DNA from: Octopus sinensis | Taxonomy: Eukaryota | Direction: 5' to 3' | Length of the DNA stretch: 64,000 nt | NCBI RefSeq assembly: GCF_006345805.1 | Contig: NC_043010.1 | Span: 62,434,001-62,498,000 of the forward strand | In this document: positions 11,140-23,249 of the stretch, in pieces | Position numbering within the stretch: the stretch's first letter is position 1 | Layout of the letters: each line of letters starts with the position of its first letter | The notes under the pieces: generated by a model | Database searches by the model: none | What the model was told of the DNA's origin: nothing | What the model saw: only the letters and a program-made list of their open reading frames with translations | Made by a program: the position numbers and the translations under genes

Positions 11140-12135
11140 TCAGTTGTCGCTAGTCTTATGCATACGTTTGTGCCTGAGCAGTGTGTCACTACGAGCAAAC
11201 TGCTTGCTGCAGATAACACACTGAAACGGCTTCTCGCCGGTGTGAGTTCGTCTGTGTGTTTTCAGGTGATGCTTCTGTCCGAAGTGTTTCGAGCAAATGT
11301 CACAGTGGAATGGTTTCTCTCCGGAGTGAGTGCTCTTGTGGATGCGCAGCGTGCCGCGGCGAGCAAACTGCTTGGTGCATACGTCGCAGTGGTAGGGCTT
11401 GGAGGAGTTGTCGGACTTTGGGATCGCGGCAGCTGCAGCTGCACGGGCCCGCGAACGAGCCGCGGTCGATGCCGTCGTGTTCCGAGAGCGAGCCGGGGCC
11501 GGTGCCGTGACAGGCTGTGGGGGCAGCGGAGCTTGTGGAGGCGGTTGTGGTGCAGGAGACATGGGAGAAGGGGCCGAGGAAGAAGAGTCGTCGTCTCCAT
11601 CATCATCGCCGTCCTCGTCGGCTTCTGCATCCTGGTCGGTCTCGGCGTCAGCCGGTTCGGTTACTGGGACTGGCGTGTTGTTCACCATGACAAGGGGCGT
11701 TGCTCTGTTGCCGCTGATGCTGACCATAACTCTCGCATTTGGAGGAAGTGACCCACTGCCACCACCACTGCTAGCAGTACCACCACCACCACCACTACTA
11801 GCACTGAGACCAACACCACTAGAACCACCACCACCACCACCACCAACCATAGCCATGCCACTGGCACCACCGCCACCTCCTCCACCACCACTGATAACAG
11901 AAGCGGCCGCTGCTGGACCTCCCATGTTGCTATTATTACTGACGCTGCTGTTTGGAATTTTCACAGGATGGTGGTGATTCTGGTAAGTTGGTCTCTGCAA
12001 GACCAGTGGCGCCACTGTCAGCTTCTCAACATTGTCGTTGACATGTGCCGTCTTCTGGTGTTTCTCCAATGTTTTACTCAGTAGGAATTTCTTCCCACAA
12101 ATCTCGCAGTGGAATCGTTTCTCCATAATTAGCAT
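11140..12135 (-). CDS. C2H2 zinc-finger protein ZNF-A (about 331 aa): one N-terminal finger, Gly/acidic/Pro/Ala-rich spacer, three C-terminal fingers
   Basis: Uninterrupted ORF. Fingers CEICGKKFLLSKTLEKHQKTAH, CDVCTKQFARRGTLRIHKSTH, CDICSKHFGQKHHLKTHRRTH and CVICSKQFARSDTLLRHKRMH, with SGEKP/TGEKP linkers. The ORF track starts at a TTG (12159); the first ATG is at 12135, with another at 12126. Confidence 0.93.
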   Translation of the reverse strand: MLIMEKRFHCEICGKKFLLSKTLEKHQKTAHVNDNVEKLTVAPLVLQRPTYQNHHHPVKIPNSSVSNNSNMGGPAAAASVISGGGGGGGGASGMAMVGGGGGGGSSGVGLSASSGGGGGTASSGGGSGSLPPNARVMVSISGNRATPLVMVNNTPVPVTEPADAETDQDAEADEDGDDDGDDDSSSSAPSPMSPAPQPPPQAPLPPQPVTAPAPARSRNTTASTAARSRARAAAAAAIPKSDNSSKPYHCDVCTKQFARRGTLRIHKSTHSGEKPFHCDICSKHFGQKHHLKTHRRTHTGEKPFQCVICSKQFARSDTLLRHKRMHKTSDN

Positions 12136-13474
12136 CGTACCACTCCAAAATACATACAATAATACTTTCGCTCACCTTCTCTTTCACTTCTGTTACTGTT
12201 GTTGCTGTGGATGATTATACTTGAGTTGTTGTTGTTGTTGTTTACGATAGTCTTGTTATGGCAGCTGTTGTTGTAGTTGGCTTACTTTCAGTTCCAACAA
12301 GATCAACACACAAATATATATATATATGTGTGTGTATGGATATGTGTATAGTTTTCTTTCGTCACGAGTGTTGGACATGAAACATATGTGAGGGTTGTAA
12401 TGACTGGGTACTTGTGACAGAATCCTGGGTACTTGTGACAGAATCCAGGGCTCCAAAAATGACCTCCACAAATTTATTGCAAAAATATACTCCTGAAATT
12501 TGATTTCTGGTGAAAACAAGTGTATATAAAAGTATATACACAACTATATGTATATATTGATGTATATATAGTGATGGGGAAGAGTCACTGTCGGTGAAAT
12601 TTGGTGAAGAAATGAAGAAAATTCTTAAAGGCTGGTGCTTCTCATATTGTTGACTGTTGCGAAGAAAAAAGGATGAGGGTCTTTGGAGAAATAATGAGAG
12701 TGGAATATTTTGAATAATGTGAATATATCAACTTGAAAATGTGTTCATTTTGGTTTAGGGTTCAGATAAGGCCCCTAAAGAAAATATCCAGTGTTGGGGA
12801 CTAAAACAGCAATTAAAATATATTCAATGAGTGAAAGGTGATCAGAGTGGAGTGTAGTGGAGAGTGTACGCAGCAGATGAGTGAGAGGTGTCCTGAGATG
12901 CCGAGTGTATCTATCGAGTAGAGTGCAGTGTCCATTGAGTGATTGCATTTAGAGTGTGGCTAAAAGATGAACGAATGTCCCCTTTTTTTTATTTTTTTGC
13001 TTTAAAAAAAAAAAAATTCTCCACTGGGTGAGTGCAGAAAGGGGTGTGGGTGAAGAATGTCCTTAAGACCTCGAGTAAAACAGTAGAGAAACAGAGATAT
13101 AGAACAATGTCGAGGTTTGGTGTTGGAAGTGATGCACATGAGAAGAATTAGTGAACTTCATCCAGGAGAAACCGGTTGCAATGTTGAACCTTCTGGTTCT
13201 TTGTCCTGCTTTGAAAAGGGCTTCAGTACTTGTCTTCTGCCCCCGACACTTGATGCTTTAATCTTTAAAACTGTCTTGGTTTCAACTTGCTGTGTAGCCC
13301 AATATATTACTGGTACTTCACTGACACTGGAGGGAAGAGTAGCTGATGTCTGGTTGGTTTTTTTAAAAAAAATGGTTTGATTTTTTTCACTCCTCTCAGA
13401 TAGAAAGTAATGAACACGGAGCAGATTCTCATTCACCTGGCATTGCACATTGGTAAGAAGGGGTCTCTAGGGAT

Positions 13475-13505
13475 CTGCAATACAGGAAAAAAAAAAAAGA
13501 CACAT
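13475..13505 (-). other. Putative 3' splice acceptor of the ZNF-A coding exon (exon would start at 13474, giving a 5' UTR segment of about 1.3 kb)
   Basis: Minus strand reads a long T-run then cctgtattgcAG|atccct. Repeat-rich sequence stops here and unique sequence begins. All three frames close soon after the junction. Confidence 0.55.
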
Positions 13506-13950
13506 TTTAATAAACTCCATATATGGTGTTCACAAAAGCTGCTCCTCTCACAGCTCTTTCAGTCTGAATATCAACAGAAATGGATAAAATTCAAAGATAA
13601 ATGGAAGAAGAATGTTTTTAACTGTTTCCTGACCATATTTCTAACAAAAAGCACAGACTGTCTTTATGAATTAGCACTTTTGTTACCATATTTCTGTTGA
13701 AACAAACTGTCTTTGTTCCACATAATTTGGAAAATGAAGAATTTACTGAAATGTCTGTTGTTATTACAAAGCATTCATGCTGGTGCCATGTGTGAGGCAC
13801 CCGTGCTGGTGCCACATAAAGAGCACCCAGTTGTAGAAACTGTGCCAAAACAGACAGCTGGGGCCTGGTGCAACTCTCTGGCTTGCCAGCCCCGGTCAAC
13901 CTGCCCAACCCATTCCAGCATGGAAAACAAAGGTTAGATGACGATGATGG

Positions 13951-14416
13951 TTAACCCTTTCTTTACTACATTTCTGTTGAGAAGCTCTGTGTTTCTTTCA
14001 ATTACTTTAAATATAACAAAGAATTTAGTAAAATAACTTAGTTATCATTAAGCTAGTGTTAGGAACATAAATTGTGACTAAGGTTTGGTGGAAGATTTTA
14101 ATTCAAAACTTATGAAAACAAGACATTTGTACTACAGAGCCAGAGCTGGTTTCAGCCGGGTTGGTATTGTTTCTCTATTATATATTTTAACCGTTTTGTT
14201 ACCATATTTCTGTTGAGATGCTCTGTGTTTCTTCCAATTAATTTTAAATATAACAAAGAATTTAGTAAAATAACTTGGTTATCATTAAGCTAGTGTTAGG
14301 ATCATAAATTGTGACTAAGGTTTGGTGGAAGATTTTAATTCAGAACTTATGAAAACAAGACATTTGTACCACAGATTCAGAGGCGGTTTCAGCCAGGTTA
14401 GTATTGGACGGGTTAA
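13951..14416 (+). mobile_element. Tandem dimer of TTAA-flanked MITE family M1 (piggyBac-like ends)
   Basis: Two similar units of about 220 bp starting TTAA-CC; the second ends GGG-TTAA. Linker ttgtttctctattatatattttaa. Confidence 0.8.
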
Positions 14417-14876
14417 AATGCTATTTAGAACATAAAGGTTTTAATTTTGATTACTTTAAAACAGGAGTTTGAATCATAGAACTAAGGGTTGTCACATGTA
14501 GGGCTGGTATCAAAAGGGTTAATTTTTTGTCAATTTCAAGTATCTACATCAGTGGTTCTCAACCATTTAAAAAATATATTTAAGGATCCCCTTTGATTAT
14601 TATTTTGCTTGGATAGACCCCTATAATCATTTGGTGTTTATGGCAACGAAACATGGGCTCTCAACCACTACCATCATGAATGCCCTTTTTGTAGCTCAAT
14701 GGAAAATGGATCGAATCATGCTCAGCATCACATTGCAGGACCAGAAGACCAACCCCTGGATCTGACAGCACAAGTGAGCTGAAGGGCCATCAAAGGGAAC
14801 AAATACAGATGGGCTGGTCACATCACTTGTCTGGAGAACAACAGCAGGACAATCAGGGCGTTGGAATGGGCGGCAA

Positions 14877-15334
14877 ACTGGCGGCGAACTGGCAGGATCG
14901 TTAGCACGCCGGGCGAAATGCTTAGCGGTATTTCGTCTGCTGCTATGTTCTGAGTTCAAATTCCGCCAAGGTCGACTTTGCCTTTCATCCTTTCAGGGTC
15001 GATTAACCCTTTAGTGTTTGCATTATTCTACCAAAATTAATGCTTTTTCATCCACATTGCCTTGAACTAATCAGGCATTATCTTGTAGCTTTGAGATTTT
15101 GATGAGGTAGCTGTTAATTTTTAAAACAATATTGTAGGGTTGGTGTGAGAGACCAGATCTGGCCAGTTTGAACATAAAACAGGCAGAATACTTTTGGCCG
15201 GATATGGCCGGTTTAAATGCTAAAGGGTTAAATAAGTACCAGTTACGCACTGGGGTCGATATAATCGACTTAATCCGTTTGTCTGTCCTTGTTTGTCCCT
15301 ACTGTGTTTACCCCTTGTGGGTAGTAAAGAAATA
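14877..15334 (+). mobile_element. Full-length SINE family B, split by a MITE
   Basis: Head ggcggcgaactggcaggatcgttagc, B-box-like gagttcaaattcc, central gtcgactttgcctttcatcc. Imperfect TSD ggaatgggcggcaa (14863-14876) / ggaataggcagcaa (15335-15348). Confidence 0.8.
15007..15227 (+). mobile_element. TTAA-target MITE family M2 (piggyBac-like)
   Basis: TIRs ccctttag / ctaaaggg. TTAA is duplicated at 15003-15006 and 15228-15231, and removing the insert restores the host SINE (gtcgaTTAAataagtacc). Other copies at 2131-2290, 17553-17781, 19181-19634 and 24605-25435 (split). Confidence 0.88.
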
Positions 15335-16261
15335 GGAATAGGCAGCAAGACAATGGACAAGATCAAGAGGCAGACCAAAGATAAAATGGGGAGATGACCT
15401 CACCCACTACCCGAGGACTACATGGCCACGACTAGGCAGAGGTGGAAGGAGTCCAGGGAAGGGTTCTCCCTTGAAGAGTGATGAAGCCCTGGATAAGGAT
15501 GGACAAGGAAGAATCTGAATGCTAAAGGGTTAATACTCAAGAGTGGGGCAAGTCAAAAGGGTTTGGGTTTGCTTGGGTTCATGCAGGTATCAACTGCTTC
15601 TGTTCATAATAATTAATGTTTCTGTTGAAGTTAAACTGGACTTCAACAGAAACATAGCAACAAAAAGGTTAGTGTGATTTGACTGCTATTTCTAGACCAA
15701 TGCAAAACCTGCAGAAGTTAGTGGAACGGCTGACAACTATGAAGGTTACGTCAATAGTGAAGAAAAGCTATTTCGCCTTCGATATCCATCTGCCAGCCTG
15801 GTGAACTGGGTGCCCTGAAGAAAGGGTCACAGGTGCTGCCCCCATTCTCCCCTCACTCAGCCATTAAAAATAAAAAGTAAACAAAACTAGAAATACCTCG
15901 CGGTATTTATGTCCAACCGAGTTATCTCCCCTTCTGTTTGCATTTTATGTCTTATGAGATTGATGAAATACCGGATTGATGAAACACCAGATTGATGTGA
16001 CTAATGAAGTTCAGTGGGTCACAGTCATTTTTTTCCCGATTGACCCCTTTTGACTCCAATTCTACCTGGGTGGACTCCCATAACCATTCAATGTTTAAAA
16101 AATCCTATCATATTTTTAGTTAAATATTATTAGGAATTGTATAAAAAATTGTTAAAATATTTCGTAAAAATAAAACAAATTTATTCTTTTATACATTTCA
16201 GTCCTAAGGCTGTGACCATGCTGGAGCACCACCAGTGCAAGCACCTTTTCAGTGGCCAATC

Positions 16262-16470
16262 TTATGTGACTGGCTTTTGGTGAAGGAGGGTATTCAACAC
16301 TGCTGCCCTCTTTTGGGTTTCCTGCCTTGGTATAACTTCATCTGGGACCTTGGATAGCAGGAAGTAGAGTTGTTTCTTGAAAATATCTACCCCTCTTCCA
16401 TGATAATTCCTCAGATGTTTTGGCAAGGCGTTAAATAGCTGTGGGCCCTTGAATCTCAAACCAGTGCACA
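16262..16470 (-). mobile_element. CR1/L2-group LINE ORF2 C-terminal remnant
   Basis: Peptide LRFKGPQLFNALPKHLRN...FKKQLYFLLSKVPDE...RAAVLNTL resembles the end of such ORF2 proteins. Confidence 0.65.
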
Positions 16471-16524
16471 AAAATTTTAGTAACAAAATCTTATGTGGAG
16501 CCTCAAGGGTCAAGAACCAATGAT

Positions 16525-16930
16525 AATCATCATCATCACCGTTTAGAGTCCGTTATCCACGCTGGCATGGGTTGGACGGTTTGACTGAGTTCTGGAGAGC
16601 CAGGAGGCTGCATCAAGCCTAAATTTGATCTGGCAAAGTTTCTACAGCTGGGTGCCCTTCTTAATGCCAACCACTCCGAGAGTGTAGTGGGTGCTTTTTA
16701 CGTGTCACTGGCACAGGAGCCAGTCAGACAAGCCTGGCATCAATCATGTTTGGATGGTGCTTTTCACATGCCACCAGCACAAGAACCTGTCAGGGGGGTA
16801 CTGACATCAACCATGATTGGTTGGTGCTTTTCACATGTCACCAGCACAAGAACCTGTCAGGGGGGTACTGGCATCAGCCATGATCAGTTGGTGCTTTTCA
16901 CATGCCACCGGCACAGGAGCCAGTCAGGTG
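16525..16930 (-). mobile_element. RTE LINE 3' UTR fragment with about four internal tandem units
   Basis: (CAT)n, then ...ccgagagtgtagtgggtgctttttacgtg, then repeated ggtgcttttcacatgccacc units. Confidence 0.85.
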
Positions 16931-18612
16931 GACATGCCCTTTGATGGTGGTACTCCAGCATGGCCACTGCATGAAACCAGCAGAAGAAGAATTTACTACA
17001 GTACACAAGTGAAACATCTGTGGAGGTGAGTAACGTTTGTGAGAAGAGTACAGGAGGACAACAGCATGGCAGCGTGATGTTGCACCACGCTGCTGCAACA
17101 TACAAGTGCAGCCGTGATACAGCATGGCTGCTGGGCCAAGTGGGTAAGGGATTTCACTATGTAATCACAGAATGTGAGTTCAAATCTACTGTAAGGTGGT
17201 TTTTGTAGCGTTTCTAGACAGAATGTTGTATTGTACATTACTTCTTGTCACCAACATCCACCTGTCAGGTAATATTTCTCCGTGGCCAGACATTTTCCAC
17301 AGGAGTCTGGGAACAAACATCATTTGTATGGCAGCAATATTTCATTTACAACCATCACATGATATCAAAACAAGGAAACACACACACACATACGTTTTTA
17401 CTTTCAGTATCGTTTTTTAATGTTCTTCTTAAGGTTTTATCATCAAAACTGGCCAAATACAACCTCTCACACCTACACTACAATATCAGTCTAAAAAACA
17501 AACACTCAGATCACCAAAGTCTCGAATCTACAAGATAATAATACGGGATTAATTTAACCCTTTAGTGTTCAGATTATTCTGTCAAATGTGATGTTTGTTT
17601 ATTGAAAATGGTTTGAATTAATCCTGTATTATCTTGTAGTTTAGGGATTTCAGTAATGTGATTTTTTAGTTTTAGAATGACATGGTAGGGCTGAGGTGAG
17701 AGGCGAGAACTGGTCAGTTTCAGTATAAAACAGGTTAAATATTTTGGCCAGATATGGCCGGTTTGAATGCTAAAGGGTTAAAACAATGTGAGTAAAGATG
17801 CAGAACACTTGACAGAGATAATCTGAATGATAAAGGGTTAAGGGAGTTGAAGTCAGTCGCTAACAAAGTGGCATCACTTTTTGAGTCCTGAGAGTTTCCT
17901 GTGACTATAAATACAAGTTTGGTTGAGGTGTCGATGCACCACACACCCAAGTGTGCGCATCTGTTCACCAAAAGAATCTCAGATGGAGAATCCACATTAG
18001 TTTCTTTTGCTTTTTGTTTGAAAAACCTAGTATTTCTAGGTTTTTGTGAAAATGTATTAGCACATAAACAAATGCACGAGAGGCTTCTTTCAGTTTCCAT
18101 CTACCAAAAAATTTACAAGACTTTGCTCGGCCCAGAACTATAGTAAAGGACATTTACCTAATGTGCTGCGCAGAGGGGCTCAACCCCAAACCACATGACT
18201 GTGAATTTTCTTAACCACACAACCACATAGGTACCTGGATGTTGGAAGTCGATCAGTTCACCTGGAAATCTTAGCTGTGATATACCAGAACCTTATGCAA
18301 ATGGAGAGCCATCTCACTCTCACTATCCCTGTCACATTTCTAGAAAGAACTCTTCATTCTACACATCCAGAGCTCATTGAGCCAACAGCAATAAGCCCCA
18401 AACCACACAGAAATCTTATACAACACCCCAATGTCTTATCCAAAGGAAAATATTTATATCTCGTCCTGTGTTTCTCAAGAGAACCCTATAGTCTGCATTG
18501 CCTCAGTTCATCTAGCTCAGTGGTTCTCAACCATTTTTATTCTATGGACCTCTTTCACTCCTATTTTACCTTACTGGACCCTCAGTCATTTGATGTTTTA
18601 AAAATTCTGTTA

Positions 18613-18947
18613 TGTGGCTGTGTGGTAAGTAGCTTGCTTACCAACCACATGGTTCTGGGTTCAGTCCCACTGCGTGGCACCTTGGGCAAGCGTCTTCTAC
18701 TATAGCATTCGGCCAACCAAAGCCGTGTGAGTGGATTTGGTAGACGGAAACTGAAAGAAGCCCGTCATATATATGCATATATATATGTAAGCGTGTATAT
18801 GTTTGTCCCCGTAACTTAGCGCTTCAGCATAAGAACCCGTAAAATAAGTACTAGGTTTACAAAAAATAAGTCCTGCGGTCGATTTGCTCGACTAAAAGTG
18901 GTGCTCCAGCATGGCCGCAGTCAAATGACTAAAACAAGTAAAAGAGA
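18613..18947 (+). mobile_element. SINE family A, inserted in a hAT-like MITE (about 18519-19060)
   Basis: Clear match to 7456-7860. The host begins cagtggttctcaacc at 18519 and resumes at attaggaattgtac. Confidence 0.85.
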
Positions 18948-19180
18948 TTAGGAATTGTACAAAAAAAAAAATTCTTAAAATATTTTGTGAGAGTAAAACA
19001 AATTTATTGCAACAAGACCTTAGGTGGATTGCCAAGGGCCATATGGTCCCACTGATCCAGGTGTTAGGAATGTCACCTGTAACAGACTGGTGTCCTATCC
19101 AGGAGAAGATTTATCTCTCACCTGTTGCTTTGAACTGAGGGAAAATTTGGGTGTAAGAAAAAAAGCAACAGATGTAGGGT

Positions 19181-19634
19181 TTAACCATTTAGCATTTCAA
19201 CTGACCATACCTGGCCAAAATATTCCACCTGACCCTTCCGTTATCAACCCGGCTGAAACCGGCTCTGGCTCTGTAATACAAATGTCTTGTTTGCATAAGT
19301 TCTGAATTGAAATCTTCCACCAAACCTTAGTCACAATTTATGTCCCTAACACTAGCTGAATGATAACTAAGTTATTTGACTAAATTCTTTGTCATATTTA
19401 AAATTAATTGAAAGAAACACAGAGCATCTCAACAGAAATACGGTAACGAAAGGGTTAAAGTCAAACTGACCAGAGCTGATCCTCTCACACCTACCCAAGA
19501 AAATCCTTTTGAGCATAAACAATGACATCATCATCGAAGTCTAAAGATTACAGGAGAATGCAGGATAAATTCAAAACAATATGAATAAATAAGCCTTAGA
19601 TTTGACAGAGGAATCCTGAAAGCTGAAGGGTTAA
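19181..19634 (-). mobile_element. MITE M2 with a MITE M1 (about 19230-19458) nested inside
   Basis: Outer ends ttaaccatttagc / gctgaagggttaa. The inner element is the reverse complement of the 14191-14412 unit and ends cgaaagggttaa. Confidence 0.8.
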
Positions 19635-22299
19635 GAGAGAAAAACTCAACCGGTGCAGAGATGTGGTGTGTATGGAGGATGTCAGTTATATCTGGGGTAT
19701 AATCCTAGCAGTCAGGATTATCCCCCAGATAATCTGGGAACAGTATTCATTGTATAAAGCGAGGACCAACAACATCTTTATCTTTCTTCACCCTCCATTG
19801 AGGAGCAAGGGCTGGGAACATTCCACTTTCCATTCCTCAGGTCAGTCAGATTTATCAATATTCTTCAGACCCTGCTTTGTTACCAACACAGACTTGCACA
19901 AGCGTCTTCCCATTCTGAACTTCACCTGATTCAGTGTACAGAGGAATGTGTAACAATTGCCCATTTCACCACATGAAACCAAGGGCCACTGCTTTGAAGC
20001 ATTTTCAAACAAATTGACCCCAGGACTTGTTTTTTTGAAGCCCAGCACTTATTCTATCAGATGTAAACCCACTAACACCAGTTGTCAAGCTGTGGTGGTG
20101 AGACACACACACACAATAGGCTTCATCTGGTTTCCATCTACCAAATCCATTCACAAGGCTTTGGCCAGCCTGAGGCTATAGCAGAGGACACTTGTCTAAG
20201 ATGCCAAGCAGTGGAACTGAACCCAGGACCTTGTGGTTGAGAGGTAAACTTCTTACCACAGCCATGCCACCACCTATGTAGGCCTGAACTTTACCTGACT
20301 TACCATATATAGAGAGAAAAAGACTAGAAATTTATCCAGGTAAATGTGTAAGTACCATCCACTTCACAGCATGAAAACAGGGGCTCTGTTACATAGCAGC
20401 AGACCTGAACTTTAACTCACATTGTACAGAGAGACTAGCATCCTATCCAGGGGTACAAGCTCTTATGTGCACCTTGTTGGTTTACTTTTTTGTCAGTTCC
20501 ATCCAATGGCCTGTGGCAGTGCTGGAGCACCACTACTGACATTAGGATACGTTTACATTCTACCTGGCCCCCATGCCGGTGGCACGTAAAAAGCACCCAC
20601 TACACTTGCGGAATGGTTGGCGTTAGGAAGGGCATCCAGTCGTAGAAACACTGCCAGATCAGACTGGGCCTAGCGCAGCCTTCTGGCTTCCCAGACCCCA
20701 GTCGAACTGTCCAACCCATGCTAGCATGGAAAGCGGACGTTAAACGATGATGATGATTTACATGTGTTAGATGTCATTAAAACCTACTTGATGAAGTAAC
20801 AATATTTCAGACAATCATCATCCTCATCATTTATCATCTAATTCTCCATGCCTGTAGGGGTCAGATGGTATTCATTGAAGCAAATTTTCTACAGCTGGAT
20901 GCTCTTTCTGTTGCCAACCTTTACCCATTTCCAAGCAAGGTAATATTTTCCAAAAACCTGGCCATGATTCCCACAGAAGACTGGAAACAAACAACATTGC
21001 TTGTATGATGATGATGATGCTTGTTTACAATCATCACATGATGTCTAGAAAGAGTACCCCCAAACACACACAATAGGCTTCGCTCAGTTTCCGTCTACCA
21101 AATTCCCTCACAAGGCTTTGGTCAGCCCAGAGCTACAGTAGAAGACACTGGCATAAAGTGCCATGCAGTGGGACTGAACTCAAAACCCCATGATTGGGAA
21201 GCCTTTTAACCACACAACCATTTATACATATAAAGACCCAACCATAATTTTCCAAGTTATTTGTTTGTGCGTGTGTGTGTATGAAGAGAGAGAGAGAGAG
21301 GGAGTTATCAGGGGCCTCATAAACATGGGAAGTTAAGGTTTTCAAGACTCTCCTGTAGACATTTTAACAACCAACAGAGAATTATTGGCCCCTTGCCTGG
21401 CAAAGACAAGTTAACTTGTCTTCACCCAATTTGTCCTTTTCAGTGTGCAATGAGTAAACTTGTCCAAAACATAAAATTTCAAAAACAGCCACAGAAGAGT
21501 TTATACGTCAGTTCTTGACATTTCTCTGTTTTTCGGGGTTTTTTTTTGACAAATTACACCCAGATGTCGAGCTCAGCTGATGACAATGAGCATGAACCTT
21601 CTATTAGAAGCTCGCAGACATTAGATAAGAATGCAAGGTGGTCTGATGAAAAAAAATTAATCTGAAAATGAAACATTTTCTCAAAAAAAAAAGTCATCGG
21701 GGAAGAGGTTAAAGATAATTACAAATTTAGTTTACCAAAGACCTGACATCAATAAAGAAGCCTACACTAGAAAACAAGGGTCACTCTTCTTGCAAGAAAT
21801 AGAAGCTAAATCTCCTTCAGATCAATCCATACCATCTTAAAAACAAAGTATGGTTTAGAAAAATGTAGTCTTAGATATACAAAAAAAGATGGAATGGTCA
21901 TGAATGGAACACATTTGTTATAGGTCTGCTTGACCATGACACGCATTTGCCTAAACCAGGGGTCACCAAACGTTTTCGACCGTCAACCCCCTTTAGCCAC
22001 TTCTCCTTCTGCATCAACACCCTCCTCATTTAAAATATCTTAATACCCTACCATACCATATCTTAAATGCGCATTGGGTACTGGTGCTGGCAATTAAAAT
22101 TTTAGCTAAAATATACATGAACGACAAATTAAGGAATTCTATTGAAGACGACACACTTTTTATATATAAAACCACCTATACGAGTATTGTGTATTAAATT
22201 TTAAATTTTTATGAAATTGTTTTCACGGTTAGAAAATGTAAAAAACATATCATATTGCTGGAATATCTTTTATTAAAACTGACAACATCAATTCTCAAC

Positions 22300-22802
22300 T
22301 GGCGTCCGTGCTAGCAGGGTGCAAGAGTGTGATCATTGACAGAGCGGCTAATCAGCTTAAGGCACCATTCGAGCGTGATCGTTACCAGCGTCGCATTACT
22401 GGCACTCGAGCCCCATGCTAGTAGGGTATTAAGAGCACCATCCGAGCGTGATCGTTGCCAGAGCGACTATCTGGCCTCCATGCCTGTGGCACGTAAAAGA
22501 CACCATTCGAGCGTGACCGTTACCAGCATCGCCTTACTGGTACCTGTGCCGGTTGTATGTGTAAAAGATTCGAGCGAAGTCGTTGCCAGTGCCGCCTGAC
22601 TGGTCCCATGCCGGTGGCACGTAAAAGCACCCACTACACTCTCGGAGTGGTTGGCATTATGAAGGGCATCCAGCTGTAGAAACTCTACCAGATCAAGATT
22701 GAAGCCTGGTGCAGCCATCTGGTTCGCCAGCCCTCAGTCAAATCGTCCAACCCATGCTAGCATGGAAAGCGGACGTTAAACGATGATGATGTTGTTGATG
22801 AT
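22300..22802 (+). mobile_element. RTE LINE 3' UTR fragment with expanded internal repeats
   Basis: Repeated caccattcgagcgtgatcgttacc units followed by the conserved 3' terminus and (GAT)n. Confidence 0.85.
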
Positions 22803-23249
22803 ATACCTCTCGTTAGAGGAGGTGGGAGATGAGCAAACAGAGGCCATTATAGTTACAGTAGACACAAATGAAAGGGGAGACAGCACGTCTATGGATCAAA
22901 GATTGGAGCATGTTCGTTAGTGATTTCATATTAATTCCATTCTCTCTGAATGTGGCCTGGGATATCTCTGGGTCACCATCAACAGGAGGAGAGATTCTCA
23001 GTGATAGTGAAAGCCAACACTTGCAATAACGGAGAGGGCTCGTTTTTATATTTTACTTGTTTCAGTCGTTAGACTATGGCCATGCTGGAGCACAGCTTTG
23101 AAGAATTTTTAGCTGAATGAATCGACCCTGGTACGTATATTTTTTAAGCCTCATACTTTTTTCTAGCAGTCCCTAGCAAACTTCTTAGCGCACAGCCACA
23201 CCTAATCTCTGAAGTATTTAGGTTTTTTGTTGTTGAAAGGACAAAACTG

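Larger units (their letters stand above)
14638..15485 (+). mobile_element. Fragment of a second RTE-clade LINE family, interrupted by a SINE-B
   Basis: Remnant peptides YGNETWAL, QWKMDRIMLSITLQDQKTNPWI and KYRWAGHITCLENNSRTIRALEW, then RSRGRPKIKWGDDL after the insertion. Confidence 0.75.

Noticed and set aside
11158-11977. Plus-strand ORFs of 197 and 192 aa overlapping ZNF-A
   Set aside because: Antisense shadows of a GC-rich, triplet-repeat CDS with no domain signal.
13158-13448. 96-aa minus-strand ORF as an upstream coding exon of ZNF-A
   Set aside because: It starts at GTG, has an in-frame TAG between the acceptor and the ORF, and shows no recognisable domain.
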